Positions 1 through 10,583 of a stretch of DNA of 64,000 bases are shown here, one piece after another. The stretch is from Candidatus Krumholzibacteriota bacterium (GTDB lineage: Bacteria > Krumholzibacteriota > Krumholzibacteriia > Krumholzibacteriales > Krumholzibacteriaceae), in the NCBI GenBank assembly GCA_016933255.1, contig JAFGBF010000015.1, positions 79,725 through 143,724 of the forward strand, read 5' to 3'. The stretch's first letter is position 1, and the number at the start of each line of letters is the position of its first letter. The position numbers and the translations under genes were made by a program. Below the pieces are notes generated by a model. It was not told the origin of the DNA. It was given only the letters and a program-made list of their open reading frames with translations, and did not search any database.

Positions 1-650
1 GAAAGGTCTGTACTGTATCAGGTTCCGGAAACGTCGCGCAGTACGCGACCGAGAAGGCTCTCGACCTTGGCGCCAAGGTCGTATCGATGTCAGATTCAGG
101 CGGAACGATACACGATCCCGATGGTATCGACAGAGAAAAACTGGCATTCCTCATGGAACTCAAGAACGTAAAACGCGGCCGTATCAAGGAATACGCCGAC
201 AAATACGGTGTCAAGTATCTCGAGGGCAAGAGGCCGTGGAATATCAAGTGCGATGTGGCTCTGCCGAGCGCGACCCAGAACGAGATCAATGAGAAAGATG
301 CCAAGGCTCTTATCGATAACGGATGTATCTGCGTATCGGAAGGCGCCAACATGCCCAGCACTCCGGAAGCCATAGAAGTATATCTCGGCGCCAAGATCCT
401 TTACGGTCTCGGTAAGGCTGCCAACGCCGGCGGAGTATCTGTAAGCGGTCTGGAGATGTCCCAGAACAGCCTGCGTTACAACTGGACCCGTGAAGAGGTA
501 GACCAGAAACTTCTCGGCATCATGAAGGCGATTCACGAGCAGTGTGTCGAGTATGGCAAAAAGGGCGATTTCGTCAATTATGTCGACGGCGCCAATATTG
601 CCGGATTTATCAAGGTCGCCGATTCAATGATCGACCAGGGACTGGTGTAG
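1..650 (+). CDS. gdhA: NADP-type glutamate dehydrogenase, C-terminal part (5' end outside window)
   Basis: Frame is open from position 3 (KVCTVSGSGNVAQYA); PSATQNE, EGANMP, KAANAGGV-S-LEM and the NIAGF..VA..M..QG end are typical of GdhA. Confidence 0.95.
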   Translation, partial: KVCTVSGSGNVAQYATEKALDLGAKVVSMSDSGGTIHDPDGIDREKLAFLMELKNVKRGRIKEYADKYGVKYLEGKRPWNIKCDVALPSATQNEINEKDAKALIDNGCICVSEGANMPSTPEAIEVYLGAKILYGLGKAANAGGVSVSGLEMSQNSLRYNWTREEVDQKLLGIMKAIHEQCVEYGKKGDFVNYVDGANIAGFIKVADSMIDQGLV

Positions 651-722
651 TAAATATTGATAACCGGTCCAGGAGGAGCATCGGGTCGTTTCGAACAGCT
701 CCAGCTGGACAGGTCGATGAAG

Positions 723-757
723 AAGCCGGACGCTTGTATGCGCCCGGCTTTGTTATT
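723..757 (+). terminator. Probable intrinsic terminator after gdhA
   Basis: Hairpin AAGCCGGACGC-ttgtat-GCGCCCGGCTT followed by TGTTATT. Confidence 0.6.
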
Positions 758-943
758 AGCGCATCCGGCCGTTTTTACCGGACACCGGCAGAACCGGATT
801 CTGTTTTCTGGACAACCGAATCCGTGAGTGTTACATTACGGAGACATATATATGCTGCGGGGAGTTCATCCGGCATCCATTTCAGCATATCATAAGGATC
901 TGAAACCGGATTACCCTGGGTGTTTTTTTGGAAGGATGGAAAA

Positions 944-1978
944 ATGAAAAAACTACTGGCTCTAGCACTGCCGATAGTGGCTCTTGCGTTATTACTCGGA
1001 GGCTGCGGCAAGGACGGGGAAAAAGATATGTCATCAGAGCTTAAAGCAGGCGATGTCGCGGGTGCGAACCAGGATGAAATCGTGGCGACTGTTAATGGCG
1101 AAGAGATCCTTGCCAGCAGCGTGGCGAAAGAGCAGAGCATGCTGGCACAGCAGATGGCCGGCAGGGTCGATCCCTCTCAGATGCAGGCCATGGCTGCAGG
1201 GCTGAAACAGCAGGCTTTCGTTAATATCGTGAAAAGGATCTTGCTGAGGCAGGCTGCCGACAAAGAGGGCCTGACAGTATCGGAAGCAGAGAAGACTGCG
1301 AAAATAGAGGTTGTTAAAGGCAATTTCCCTTCCGAGGAGGAATTTAACGCTCAGCTGGGGATCAGCGGTTTGACATACGAAGCATTTGAAAAAGAGATCG
1401 AATATACCGTAAAGGTCGAAAAGCTGATTGAAAAGCTTTCAGCTGATATTGAAGAAACGACGATCAAGGACGCGAAAAATTTCTATGATTCGAATACGGA
1501 TCAATTTAAAAATCCCGAACGGGTCAAGGCGAGCCATATACTTATCAAGACCGCGGCTGACGACTCCGAAGAGATCAAGGCAGAAAAGAGAAAAAGGATC
1601 GAAGATCTGCTGGTAAGGGTCAAGGGCGGCCAGAAATTTGCCGATGTTGCTTCTGAAAACTCGGATTGTCCAAGCAGCAAGAATGGCGGAGACCTCGGAT
1701 TTTTCAGTAGAGGCCAGATGGTAAAGCCTTTTGAAGACGCTGCATTCGAGCTTGAAAAGGGAGAGATCAGCGGCATCGTCGAAACAAGATTCGGGTACCA
1801 TATCATCATGTTGACAGAGAAAGAACCGGCGAATACGACTCCTTTCGATGAGATCAGTAATGATATAGTCGAGTATCTATTCAGCATGAAGAAGCAGATG
1901 GAAGTCGAAAAATATATTCAGGCTCTCAAGGATCTTGCCGAGATTGAATATTCGGATTCCACATTGATGATCCAGTAG
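944..1978 (+). CDS. PpiC/parvulin peptidyl-prolyl isomerase lipoprotein (PrsA/SurA-like)
   Basis: Lipobox LLLGGC; SurA-like N-domain (IVATVNGEEI); parvulin motifs ASHILI, SDCPSSKNGGDLGFF, PFEDAAF, GYHII. Start placed at ATG 944. Confidence 0.9.
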   Translation: MKKLLALALPIVALALLLGGCGKDGEKDMSSELKAGDVAGANQDEIVATVNGEEILASSVAKEQSMLAQQMAGRVDPSQMQAMAAGLKQQAFVNIVKRILLRQAADKEGLTVSEAEKTAKIEVVKGNFPSEEEFNAQLGISGLTYEAFEKEIEYTVKVEKLIEKLSADIEETTIKDAKNFYDSNTDQFKNPERVKASHILIKTAADDSEEIKAEKRKRIEDLLVRVKGGQKFADVASENSDCPSSKNGGDLGFFSRGQMVKPFEDAAFELEKGEISGIVETRFGYHIIMLTEKEPANTTPFDEISNDIVEYLFSMKKQMEVEKYIQALKDLAEIEYSDSTLMIQ

Positions 1979-2009
1979 TATTTGTGCGGGTTGTTGAATA
2001 GAACCAGGG

Positions 2010-4163
2010 ATGGAAGAATCATACTTACTGAAGATCGCCTCGATCCTTGGGGTGGATGTATCAAGGGTGAGGGCGGCCAGCAGGCTGCTTGACGAGGGGG
2101 GGACTGTACCTTTTATCGCCAGGTACAGGAAAGAGGCTACCGGTTCGCTCGATGAGGTGGCGATAACCGATATCAGGGAGCTTGGAGCAAGGTTTAAGGC
2201 TCTTGATGAGCGAAAGAGATCTATACTGGAATCCCTGGAAGAGAGAGGCCTTCTCGACGACGAACTTCGCGGCAGGGTCCTGTCTGCCGACAATTTGACC
2301 CTTCTCGAAGATATCTATCTTCCCTACAGGCCGAAAAGAAGGACCCGGGCGACGATCGCGAGGGAGAAGGGCCTTGAGCCTCTTGCCGAGCTTCTGTTCA
2401 GGCAGGACCCCAGGCTCTCTGTCGATCCGGTGAAGGAAGCGGCCGGATTTATCAATTCTGAAATCGGCGTCGATTCGGCGGAAGATGCTCTTGAGGGTGC
2501 GAGGGATATAATCGCCGAAATGATCAGCGAGGAAAAAGACGCAAGGGCCGCGCTCCGTGATCTCTATATGTCAAGGGGCATGATCTTTTCTTCAGAGGTG
2601 AAGTCGTCCGGAGAGGGAAGGGAAAAGTACAGAGACTACTTTGACTGGAGCGAACCGGTCAAGAGCGCACCGTCTCACCGGATTCTGGCGATCTTCCGCG
2701 CAGAGAAAGAAAAACATATCAGGCTGTCGATAGCTCCGCCCGAAGGAGAGGCGGTCGATCTTCTGCTGAAGCGTTTTGTCACTTCGGAATCGGAGGCTTC
2801 AAGGCAGGTTGCGATGGCGGTCGAGGATGGATTTAAAAGGCTCCTTTCCGTCTCGATAGCGGCCGGTATAAGAAAAGAGATGAAGGAGCGTGCAGACAGG
2901 GAAGCAATAAGGGTCTTTTCGGAAAATCTGAGAGAACTTCTTCTGGCTCCTCCGCTCGGCAGCAGGATCGTCCTAGCAGTTGACCCCGGATTCAGGACAG
3001 GGTGCAAGATAGTATGCCTGGGAAGGCAGGGGCAACTCCTTCATCACGATACGATCTTTCCGCACTCAGGCAGGGCTAAAGAGGAAGAATCGAAAAAAAA
3101 GATTATCGGACTTTGCGGCAGATTTAATATTGAAGCCGTAGCGATAGGAAATGGAACGGCAAGCAGGGAGACTGAAGCGTTTTTCCGCGGTATCGGCCTG
3201 AGCAGCGAAATAGACGTTATCGTGGTCAATGAATCGGGAGCCTCTATATATTCCGCTTCGAAAGCGGGGCGCGAGGAATTTCCGGATCATGATATTACCG
3301 TCAGGGGTTCTGTTTCGATAGGCAGGCGTCTGATGGATCCGCTGGCCGAGCTGGTAAAGATAGATCCCAAATCGATCGGAGTAGGACAATATCAGCATGA
3401 TGTCAACCAGGCTTCTCTGAAAAAAGGACTTGATGACGTCGTAATAAGCTGCGTAAACAGTGTCGGAGTAGATGTCAATACGGCAAGCAGTCATCTGCTT
3501 GCGTACGTTTCGGGGCTGGGTCCGGTACTCGCTGGTAATCTTGTCAAGCACAGAGAAAAGAACGGGCCGTTCAGATCGAGGAGACAACTGACTGATGTTC
3601 CCAGATTCGGTGAGCGCGCGTTTTTGCAGGCCGGCGGTTTTCTAAGGGTTACAGGCGGGGATAATATTCTCGATTCGAGTGCCGTTCATCCGGAAAGTTA
3701 TGAGATCGTCTATTCGATGGCTGACGATGTCGGGTGCAGTGTCGAGGAACTGGTTGCTGACGGCCAAAAAAGGGCAGAGATAGAGTTGGAGAGATATACT
3801 TCGGAAAAAACTGGAATGCCCACTCTGATCGATATTATGGACGAACTGGCGAGGCCTGGGAGAGATCCCAGGGAAAAGTTCGAACTCTTCAGATTTTCTG
3901 ACGAGGTAGGAAAGATCGAGGATGTTGAAAAAGGAATGATACTGCCCGGAATAGTGACCAACGTCACTGCATTCGGGGCTTTTGTCGATATCGGTGTCCA
4001 CCAGGATGGACTGGTTCATATCAGCCAGCTTTCAGACCGCTTTGTAAAAGATCCTTCGGAGATAGTACGCGTAGGGAAAAAAGTCCGGGTCATCGTAACC
4101 GACGTGGACCTGCAGAGAAAAAGGATCTCCCTGTCGATGAAAAACCTGGGAAGCGGAAAATGA
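2010..4163 (+). CDS. tex: Tex family RNA-binding transcriptional accessory protein
   Basis: TVPFIARYRKE, LEDIYLPYRPKRRTRA, DPGFRTGCK, IGVGQYQHDV and a C-terminal S1 domain (GAFVDIGVHQDGLVHIS). Confidence 0.97.
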   Translation: MEESYLLKIASILGVDVSRVRAASRLLDEGGTVPFIARYRKEATGSLDEVAITDIRELGARFKALDERKRSILESLEERGLLDDELRGRVLSADNLTLLEDIYLPYRPKRRTRATIAREKGLEPLAELLFRQDPRLSVDPVKEAAGFINSEIGVDSAEDALEGARDIIAEMISEEKDARAALRDLYMSRGMIFSSEVKSSGEGREKYRDYFDWSEPVKSAPSHRILAIFRAEKEKHIRLSIAPPEGEAVDLLLKRFVTSESEASRQVAMAVEDGFKRLLSVSIAAGIRKEMKERADREAIRVFSENLRELLLAPPLGSRIVLAVDPGFRTGCKIVCLGRQGQLLHHDTIFPHSGRAKEEESKKKIIGLCGRFNIEAVAIGNGTASRETEAFFRGIGLSSEIDVIVVNESGASIYSASKAGREEFPDHDITVRGSVSIGRRLMDPLAELVKIDPKSIGVGQYQHDVNQASLKKGLDDVVISCVNSVGVDVNTASSHLLAYVSGLGPVLAGNLVKHREKNGPFRSRRQLTDVPRFGERAFLQAGGFLRVTGGDNILDSSAVHPESYEIVYSMADDVGCSVEELVADGQKRAEIELERYTSEKTGMPTLIDIMDELARPGRDPREKFELFRFSDEVGKIEDVEKGMILPGIVTNVTAFGAFVDIGVHQDGLVHISQLSDRFVKDPSEIVRVGKKVRVIVTDVDLQRKRISLSMKNLGSGK

Positions 4164-4210
4164 TGTTTCCGGGAGCCGGCAGGATTCATATCCCTTACGA
4201 GACTGCATTT

Positions 4211-6757
4211 TTACTTTGTCTTTGATTTTTTTCTGGCAGGCTTTCCGGGGCTGACCGGATCAGTTTTCTTTTTCGGCCTGTCATAAGGGATGGTGTATGT
4301 CTGTGCTTTCCAGATATCTCTGTTATACTCCTGAATCGTCCGGTCTGATGAAAACTTGCCCATGCGGGCTACGTTGAGGATCGCTTTTTCTATCCACCCG
4401 GTTCTGCCGTAGTAAGTCTTTCCAGCCCTGATCTGGCACTCTCCGTATGATTCAAAATCAGCGAGCGTAAGAAAATGATCAGTATTGAGAAGGTTGGAGA
4501 TAAGGGAACCAAAAAGTCCGGGTTCTGCCGGGGAGAAAAACCCGCGGCTTATCATGTCGACCGTCTCTTTAAGAAGAGGATTTTTATCATAATACGCCCG
4601 GGCATTGTATGTCGGAGCCATTTCCCTTATCTCATCTGCTGTATGCCCGAAGATAAAGATATTCTCTTTTCCGACCTCTTCAAGTATCTCGATATTGGCT
4701 CCGTCGAGTGTTCCTATCGTAAGTGCTCCATTCAGAGACAGTTTCATGTTTCCCGTTCCGGATGCTTCGTAGCCGGCAGTGGATATCTGCTCCGACAGGT
4801 CGGCGGCTGGAATGATCTTTTCAGCGAGAGAGACGCAGTAGTTGGGAAGAAAGACTACCTTTATAATGCCTTTCGTTACTGGATCACGGTTTATGATCTC
4901 GGCGGCATGGCATATAAGCTTGATGACCATCTTTGAAATATAGTAGTCAGGGGCAGTCTTTCCGGCGAAAAAGAATGTGCGCGGGTGCATCTCGAATCCG
5001 CTCTCGTTTTTCAATCTGAGCCAGCAGGTTATGACATGAAGGATATTGAGCATCTGTCTTTTGTATTCATGTATCCTCTTGATCTGGACATCGAATATCG
5101 AATCCGGGTCGATTTCCTCTCCCGTAAGATCGAGGGTCATGCCTGCAAGCCCTTCCTTGTTCGTTTTTTTGATACGGTCGAATGCTTTCTGGAAATCCGG
5201 ATCTGCAGCCAGAGGTTCGATCTTGCGTATCTGCGACAGGTCGCTTACCCAGCCATCTCCTATATGTTTCGTTATCAATCCGGCCAGTTCGGGGTTTGCC
5301 GCAAGCAGCCACCTTCTTGGTGTGATGCCGTTGGTTTTGTTGTTTATTCTTCCCGGAAACACTTCTTCAAATTCCCGGAAGATCCCCTCTTTTAAAAGTT
5401 TTGTGTGGAGGGCGGCCACTCCGTTTACTGAATGGGACCCCACGATCGCCAGATGAGCCATACGGATCCTTTTGCTGCTATCTTCGCCTATGATCGACAA
5501 GCGGCTTGCGCGGCCTTTGTCTTCCTTGAAGCGGATCGATACGTCTTTGAGGAACAGACGGTTGATCTCATAGACGATCTCCATGTGCCGCGGCAGGAGT
5601 GTCCCGAAGATCTCCACAGGCCATTTTTCAAGAGCTTCTGAAAGGATCGTGTGATTTGTATAGGCGCATGTCTTTGTAGTTATCTCCCATGCTTTATTCC
5701 ATTCGATCTGATATTCATCCACAAAGATCCTCATAAGTTCAAGGATCGCCAGCGAGGGATGCGTATCGTTCAGCTGAATGGCGACTTTTTTGTGAAAATC
5801 GTGGAAGCCCTTATGATTTACAAGATAGCGGCGGATAATATCCTGTATGGAGCAGGATACGAAAAAATACTGTTGTTTAAGGCGAAGTTCCCGTCCTACG
5901 AAGTTGCTGTCATTAGGATACAGAACCTTCGAGATATTCTCCGAGATGTTTTTTTCCTCTACAGCTTTCAGATAGTCGCCATGCTGAAAATAATTGAGAT
6001 CGAATTCGTTGGATGCTCTCGAGGACCAGAGACGCATCGTGTTGACGGTGTAGTTGTCGTATCCGCAGACCGGGGTGTCATACGCTATACCTATGACATC
6101 GTCGGTATCGACCCATTCTTTTTTCAGCTGACCGTCGGGCCATTTTGAGGTATTGATCTTACCGTAGAATTTAACGGGGAAACTGTACTCCGGTCTCTCT
6201 ATCTCCCATGGATTTCCAAATTTAAGCCATGAATCGGGAAGTTCTACCTGCCCGAAATCTCTTATTACCTGTTCAAATATGCCGAATTCATATCTTATCC
6301 CGTACCCGTACGCCGGTATTTCCAGAGTCGCCATCGAATCGAGAAAACAGGCGGCCAGTCTTCCCAGTCCTCCGTTTCCAAGCCCCGCGTCAGGTTCCTG
6401 CTCGACAAGTTCGTCAAAGTCGAGGCCCAGGTCTTCCACAGCCTTTTTTGTTTTTTCCAGGAGATCCAGATTGATCAGATTATTTACAAGGGCCCTGCCC
6501 ATCAGGAATTCAGCGGAGAGGTAATAGACGCGTTTGGCGTCCTTGTAGTAATAAAGCTGCTGGGTCTTGATCCACTGTTCGATTATCCTTTCCCGGACGG
6601 TTAAAGCGAGAGAGAAATAGAGGTCCCTGTCAGTGGCGGTATACTGGTCTTTTGAGAGAGAGTATTCGAGATGATTCGCGAAACATTCCTTTATATCCTT
6701 TGTCCTCATCCCCTTATGAAAAATACCGTGTTTTTCAAACAGAGCGCGTTTATCCAT
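4211..6757 (-). CDS. glgP: Glycogen/starch/alpha-glucan phosphorylase
   Basis: LGNGGLGRLAACFLDS, QLNDTHP, KTNGITPRRW, KRIHEYKRQ and PLP-lysine motif EASGTGNMK. Confidence 0.98.
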   Translation of the reverse strand: MDKRALFEKHGIFHKGMRTKDIKECFANHLEYSLSKDQYTATDRDLYFSLALTVRERIIEQWIKTQQLYYYKDAKRVYYLSAEFLMGRALVNNLINLDLLEKTKKAVEDLGLDFDELVEQEPDAGLGNGGLGRLAACFLDSMATLEIPAYGYGIRYEFGIFEQVIRDFGQVELPDSWLKFGNPWEIERPEYSFPVKFYGKINTSKWPDGQLKKEWVDTDDVIGIAYDTPVCGYDNYTVNTMRLWSSRASNEFDLNYFQHGDYLKAVEEKNISENISKVLYPNDSNFVGRELRLKQQYFFVSCSIQDIIRRYLVNHKGFHDFHKKVAIQLNDTHPSLAILELMRIFVDEYQIEWNKAWEITTKTCAYTNHTILSEALEKWPVEIFGTLLPRHMEIVYEINRLFLKDVSIRFKEDKGRASRLSIIGEDSSKRIRMAHLAIVGSHSVNGVAALHTKLLKEGIFREFEEVFPGRINNKTNGITPRRWLLAANPELAGLITKHIGDGWVSDLSQIRKIEPLAADPDFQKAFDRIKKTNKEGLAGMTLDLTGEEIDPDSIFDVQIKRIHEYKRQMLNILHVITCWLRLKNESGFEMHPRTFFFAGKTAPDYYISKMVIKLICHAAEIINRDPVTKGIIKVVFLPNYCVSLAEKIIPAADLSEQISTAGYEASGTGNMKLSLNGALTIGTLDGANIEILEEVGKENIFIFGHTADEIREMAPTYNARAYYDKNPLLKETVDMISRGFFSPAEPGLFGSLISNLLNTDHFLTLADFESYGECQIRAGKTYYGRTGWIEKAILNVARMGKFSSDRTIQEYNRDIWKAQTYTIPYDRPKKKTDPVSPGKPARKKSKTK

Positions 6758-6934
6758 CGGGTGCCTCTCCAGACAAGGGTTAGTAAGTCATCTCCTTCGG
6801 GCTTTTCCTCTGCTGTCAGACCAGAGTATCACTAGAGGAAGCGGATTGTCACACATTTTATCGGCTTCAGGCGCCGGGAAGGCAGTTTAAATTATGGGCA
6901 TTCAGTAAAAAAAGATAAAAAACGAATATTCTCT

Positions 6935-6980
6935 TTGACACAGCGATCGATTTATATAATAATAGTAACAGTTACTATTA
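6935..6980 (+). promoter_or_regulatory. Sigma-70-type promoter overlapped by a Fur/PerR-type operator
   Basis: TTGACA at 6935-6940; AT-rich -10 region (TATAAT 6955-6960, or AATAAT at 17 bp spacing); perfect inverted repeat TAATAGTAAC-A-GTTACTATTA at 6960-6980. Confidence 0.8.
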
Positions 6981-6994
6981 GCAAAGGAAGTGTT

Positions 6995-7417
6995 GTGCAT
7001 ACAAATCTACGCATGACGAAACAGAGGAAAATGATCCTTGACGAGTTGAGACAGGTGACTGTCCATCCTACAGCTGACCAGGTCTATGAATCTGTAAGGA
7101 AAAAGATGCCTGGAATCAGCCTTGGTACAGTCTACAGGAACCTCGATCTTCTTTGCAGGACGGGAATGGCCCGCCGGATAGAAAAGAGCGGGTCTCCGAT
7201 GCGTTATGACGGCGATTTAAGCCTCCACAATCATATTTGCTGTACGAAGTGCGGCAGGGTAGACGATATCAGGGCTATTGATCTGGAAACGGGGCTGGAG
7301 GAAAAAGAGATAATGAAAACCGGCTACCGGTTGATAAAGATAAAGATCGAACTGGCGGGGCTTTGTCCTGAATGCCAGAAATCGGAAGACCGTCTCGAAC
7401 CGAAAGGGCTGGGTTGA
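6995..7417 (+). CDS. perR: Fur-family transcriptional repressor, probably PerR-like
   Basis: RMTKQR, HPTADQVY, SLGTVYRNL, H-H-CxxC and C-terminal CxxC; heads a peroxide-defence operon. Start likely GTG 6995 after AAGGAAG (ATG 7013 is the alternative). Confidence 0.8.
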   Translation: MHTNLRMTKQRKMILDELRQVTVHPTADQVYESVRKKMPGISLGTVYRNLDLLCRTGMARRIEKSGSPMRYDGDLSLHNHICCTKCGRVDDIRAIDLETGLEEKEIMKTGYRLIKIKIELAGLCPECQKSEDRLEPKGLG

Positions 7418-7420
7418 CAG

Positions 7421-8266
7421 ATGATCGGCGGGGTATTGGAAGATCTCTATACAAGATACAATGACAGGGATTTTGTCGAACCGGACCCCTTGCATTTTCT
7501 TTTCAGGTACGATGATATCCGGGACCGTGAAATTGCGGGGTTGATAGCGTCTTCTCTTGCCTTTGGAAGTGTCGGCCAGATAATGAAGAGCGTGGAAAAG
7601 GTCCTGGGGGTCATGTGCGGTTCGCCGGGGGAATATCTTTCCAGGGCGGACAGGACAGGGATGCGAAAGGAGTTTGAAGGATTCAGGCACAGGTGGGTCG
7701 ATCAGGAAGCGCTGATAAATCTTCTTGACGGTATCAAAACTGCCGTGAGAAAATTCGGAACCCTCGAGAAATGTTTCGCATCCGGATATTCCAATAAGGA
7801 CAGGGATATTGTTCCCGCGCTTACGGCTTTTGTGGACGAGATCATAGGTTCAGGGAAAGTCAATCGGCTGGTCCCTTCTCCATCTCGAGGCAGCGCCTGT
7901 AAAAGGCTGAATCTTTTTCTGAGATGGATGATCCGTTCCGATGGAGTCGATCCGGGGGGCTGGAATATGATCTCATCGTCAAAACTGGTGATCCCCCTTG
8001 ACGTGCATATGCATCGGTTTTCGATACTTCTCGGTTTGACAGAGCGCAATCAGGCAGACCTGAAAACCGCGAGGGAAGTAACAGAAAGTATGAAGATCTT
8101 TTCGCCTGTGGATCCGGTCAAATATGATTTTGCCTTAACCAGGCTCGGGATAAGGCGCGATGATGACAGGGAAAGCCTGCTGATGAGGCTTGGAATCGGT
8201 ATCGACCAGTCGGGAAAGATAAGGCGGGTCATTGAAGGTCAGTCAGAGCGGGGGAGTGTAAGTTGA
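7421..8266 (+). CDS. TIGR02757/DUF2400 family protein
   Basis: DP..F..RY, REIAGL, SACKRLNLFLRWM.R, PLDVH, DPVKYDFAL motifs. Confidence 0.88.
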   Translation: MIGGVLEDLYTRYNDRDFVEPDPLHFLFRYDDIRDREIAGLIASSLAFGSVGQIMKSVEKVLGVMCGSPGEYLSRADRTGMRKEFEGFRHRWVDQEALINLLDGIKTAVRKFGTLEKCFASGYSNKDRDIVPALTAFVDEIIGSGKVNRLVPSPSRGSACKRLNLFLRWMIRSDGVDPGGWNMISSSKLVIPLDVHMHRFSILLGLTERNQADLKTAREVTESMKIFSPVDPVKYDFALTRLGIRRDDDRESLLMRLGIGIDQSGKIRRVIEGQSERGSVS

Positions 8267-9525
8267 AGGAGTTTTTCCTGAATTTTATTCTGGAGCTTTT
8301 CGGGACTCTTAAAGAGATGTCTCCCTATCTGATCTTCGGATTTTTTGTCGCCGGCCTTCTCTCGGTCTTTATCAGGCCCGAGACGGTAGAAAAACATCTT
8401 GGAGGAGGCGGTTTTCTACAGGTGATAAAAGCATCTCTTTTCGGTGTGCCTCTTCCATTGTGTTCGTGCGGAGTCATTCCAGTTGCAGTATCTCTGAGAA
8501 AGCATGGGGCAAGCAGGGGCGCGATGACTTCGTTTCTGATCTCGACTCCCCAGACGGGGATAGACAGCATATTTGTCACTTTGAGCCTGCTTGGGCCCGT
8601 CTATGCCGTATTCAGGCCTATAGTCGCTTTTGTCAGCGGTATCGTCGGAGGAGCAGCGGTAAATATTCTTGTGAAGAACGGTGACGACCAGACTCAGGAA
8701 GTTCCTGTCTGCAGAGACGCCTGCTGTACGGCAGATGGAAACCGACGAAAATTTACGGAAGTCTTTCAATACGCGTTCAGGACCCTTCCGGCTGATATCA
8801 ATAAGGCACTGATCTTCGGTATAGTCATAGCGGGTGTCATCGGGGCCCTTATACCCGATGACTTTCTCACCGGCATTCTCGGAGGCGGGATCGTAGCGAT
8901 GCTGGCGATGATGGCACTCGGGATACCGATCTATGTGTGCGCTACAGCTTCGGTCCCGATCGCGGCGGCCATTATTGCCAAAGGGGTCTCGCCCGGCGCG
9001 GCGCTTGTATTTCTTATGACCGGGCCTGCCACCAACGCCGCTGCCGTTCTGGCGTTGGGAAAGATCCTGGGGAAGAGATCGGCCGTAATATACCTTGCCA
9101 CGCTGGCCGTGTCGGCGGTAACCGCAGGCATTCTTCTCGACCTTGTCTACAGTTCTCCAAATGTAGCTCAACCGGCCGGCATGCCGTTTATGCTTCCGGA
9201 GTGGGTCAAGGTATCGAGCGCGGCAGTACTTTCAGCGGTCATTGCTGCCTCATTCTTCCAAAGGCGGAAGGCGGTTTTTCGGGAAGGCGGCACCGGAGAA
9301 GAAAAAATTATAATCAAGATCGAAGGTATGACATGTCAACATTGCGTTAATAGCATTAAACGCACAATTCTGGAGACTTCCGGCGTGGAAGGCGCGGAGG
9401 TCGATCTGAAAAGAGGTGATGCGGTAATATGGGGAAAACGACTCGATCAGTCCCGGTTTGTTGAATCTTTGGGATCACTGGGATATAAAGTTACCGGACG
9501 GGAAGAATTCCCGCGATCTGAGTGA
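8263..9525 (+). CDS. SO_0444/ArsP-like (DUF318) metal permease with C-terminal HMA domain
   Basis: PLPLCSCGVIP and PIYVCATAS repeats, multiple TM segments, GMTCQHC HMA motif; TTG start overlaps the upstream stop. Confidence 0.88.
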   Translation: MKEFFLNFILELFGTLKEMSPYLIFGFFVAGLLSVFIRPETVEKHLGGGGFLQVIKASLFGVPLPLCSCGVIPVAVSLRKHGASRGAMTSFLISTPQTGIDSIFVTLSLLGPVYAVFRPIVAFVSGIVGGAAVNILVKNGDDQTQEVPVCRDACCTADGNRRKFTEVFQYAFRTLPADINKALIFGIVIAGVIGALIPDDFLTGILGGGIVAMLAMMALGIPIYVCATASVPIAAAIIAKGVSPGAALVFLMTGPATNAAAVLALGKILGKRSAVIYLATLAVSAVTAGILLDLVYSSPNVAQPAGMPFMLPEWVKVSSAAVLSAVIAASFFQRRKAVFREGGTGEEKIIIKIEGMTCQHCVNSIKRTILETSGVEGAEVDLKRGDAVIWGKRLDQSRFVESLGSLGYKVTGREEFPRSE

Positions 9526-9569
9526 AATGAAGATGCTTCTTTAATCAACAAAACCGGGGAGGTTTAGCA

Positions 9570-10142
9570 ATGTCTATCAAGGGAACAGAGACTGAAAAAA
9601 ACATTCTGAAAGCGTTTGCGGGGGAGTCGCAGGCGAGAAACCGTTACACCTATTTTGCCTCCCAGGCAAAAAAAGAGGGTTATGTCCAGATCTCTTCGAT
9701 CTTCGAAGAGACAGCCGATCAGGAAAAAGAACACGCAAAACGTCTATTTAAACTTCTTGAAGGCGGAGAGATCGAGATCACCGCGGGTTTTCCTGCAGGA
9801 GTAATCGGGAAGACTGAAGAGAACCTGGCGGAGGCTGCCGGAGGAGAAAATCACGAATGGACTACAATGTATCCGGGCTTTGCGAAAGTGGCCGCTGCGG
9901 AAGGGTTTGATCACATCGCAAAGATCTTCGAAGCGATAGCAGTCGCGGAAAAGCAGCATGAGAAACGTTATAAGGATCTGATGGATAATATCAATTCCGG
10001 GCGCGTTTTCAAACGTGAGGGCGCGGTCGTCTGGCGCTGCCGGAATTGCGGTTATCTGGAAGAGGGAACGGAAGCGCCTGAAATATGTCCGGCATGTGCC
10101 CATCCGAGAGCCCACTTCGAGATCCTTGGAGAGAACTGGTAA
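9570..10142 (+). CDS. rbr: Rubrerythrin
   Basis: [23 protein letters not shown] di-iron motifs; WRCRNCG...CPACAHP rubredoxin-like domain. Confidence 0.97.
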   Translation: MSIKGTETEKNILKAFAGESQARNRYTYFASQAKKEGYVQISSIFEETADQEKEHAKRLFKLLEGGEIEITAGFPAGVIGKTEENLAEAAGGENHEWTTMYPGFAKVAAAEGFDHIAKIFEAIAVAEKQHEKRYKDLMDNINSGRVFKREGAVVWRCRNCGYLEEGTEAPEICPACAHPRAHFEILGENW

Positions 10143-10199
10143 CAGGATGGAAGTTGTAATCGTCAGTGTGTTTGAATATTTTTTTATGGAGGTATGAAG

Positions 10200-10577
10200 A
10201 TGGCAAAGAAACTCGAGATCTACAAATGTGAGATGTGCGGAAATATCGTTGAGGTTCTGCATGGAGGAGCGGGAAGGCTGGTATGTTGCGGCGCGAATAT
10301 GAAAAAATTCGATGAACAGACCGCCGATGCTTCGACTGAGAAACATGTCCCGGTAATTGAGAAGATCGACGGCGGATACAAGGTCGTAGTAGGCAGCACT
10401 CCGCACCCGATGGAGGAAAGTCACTGGATAGAATGGATCGAACTTTTGGCCGGGGATATTGCATACAGGACCTTCCTGAATCCCGGTGATGCCGCAGAAG
10501 CGGTCTTTCACACGGACGCTGATAAAGTCTCGGCAAGGGAATACTGCAATGTGCACGGACTCTGGAAAAAGGAGTAG
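10200..10577 (+). CDS. dfx: Desulfoferrodoxin (2Fe superoxide reductase)
   Basis: [13 protein letters not shown] centre I; EKHVP, HPM...HWI, CNVHGLW centre II. ATG 10194 is an alternative start. Confidence 0.97.
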   Translation: MAKKLEIYKCEMCGNIVEVLHGGAGRLVCCGANMKKFDEQTADASTEKHVPVIEKIDGGYKVVVGSTPHPMEESHWIEWIELLAGDIAYRTFLNPGDAAEAVFHTDADKVSAREYCNVHGLWKKE

Positions 10578-10583
10578 GGTATA

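Noticed and set aside
6935..6994. Longer N-terminus of the Fur-family ORF given in the track
   Set aside because: The TTG belongs to the -35 hexamer and the stretch holds the operator; the RBS supports a start at 6995 or 7013
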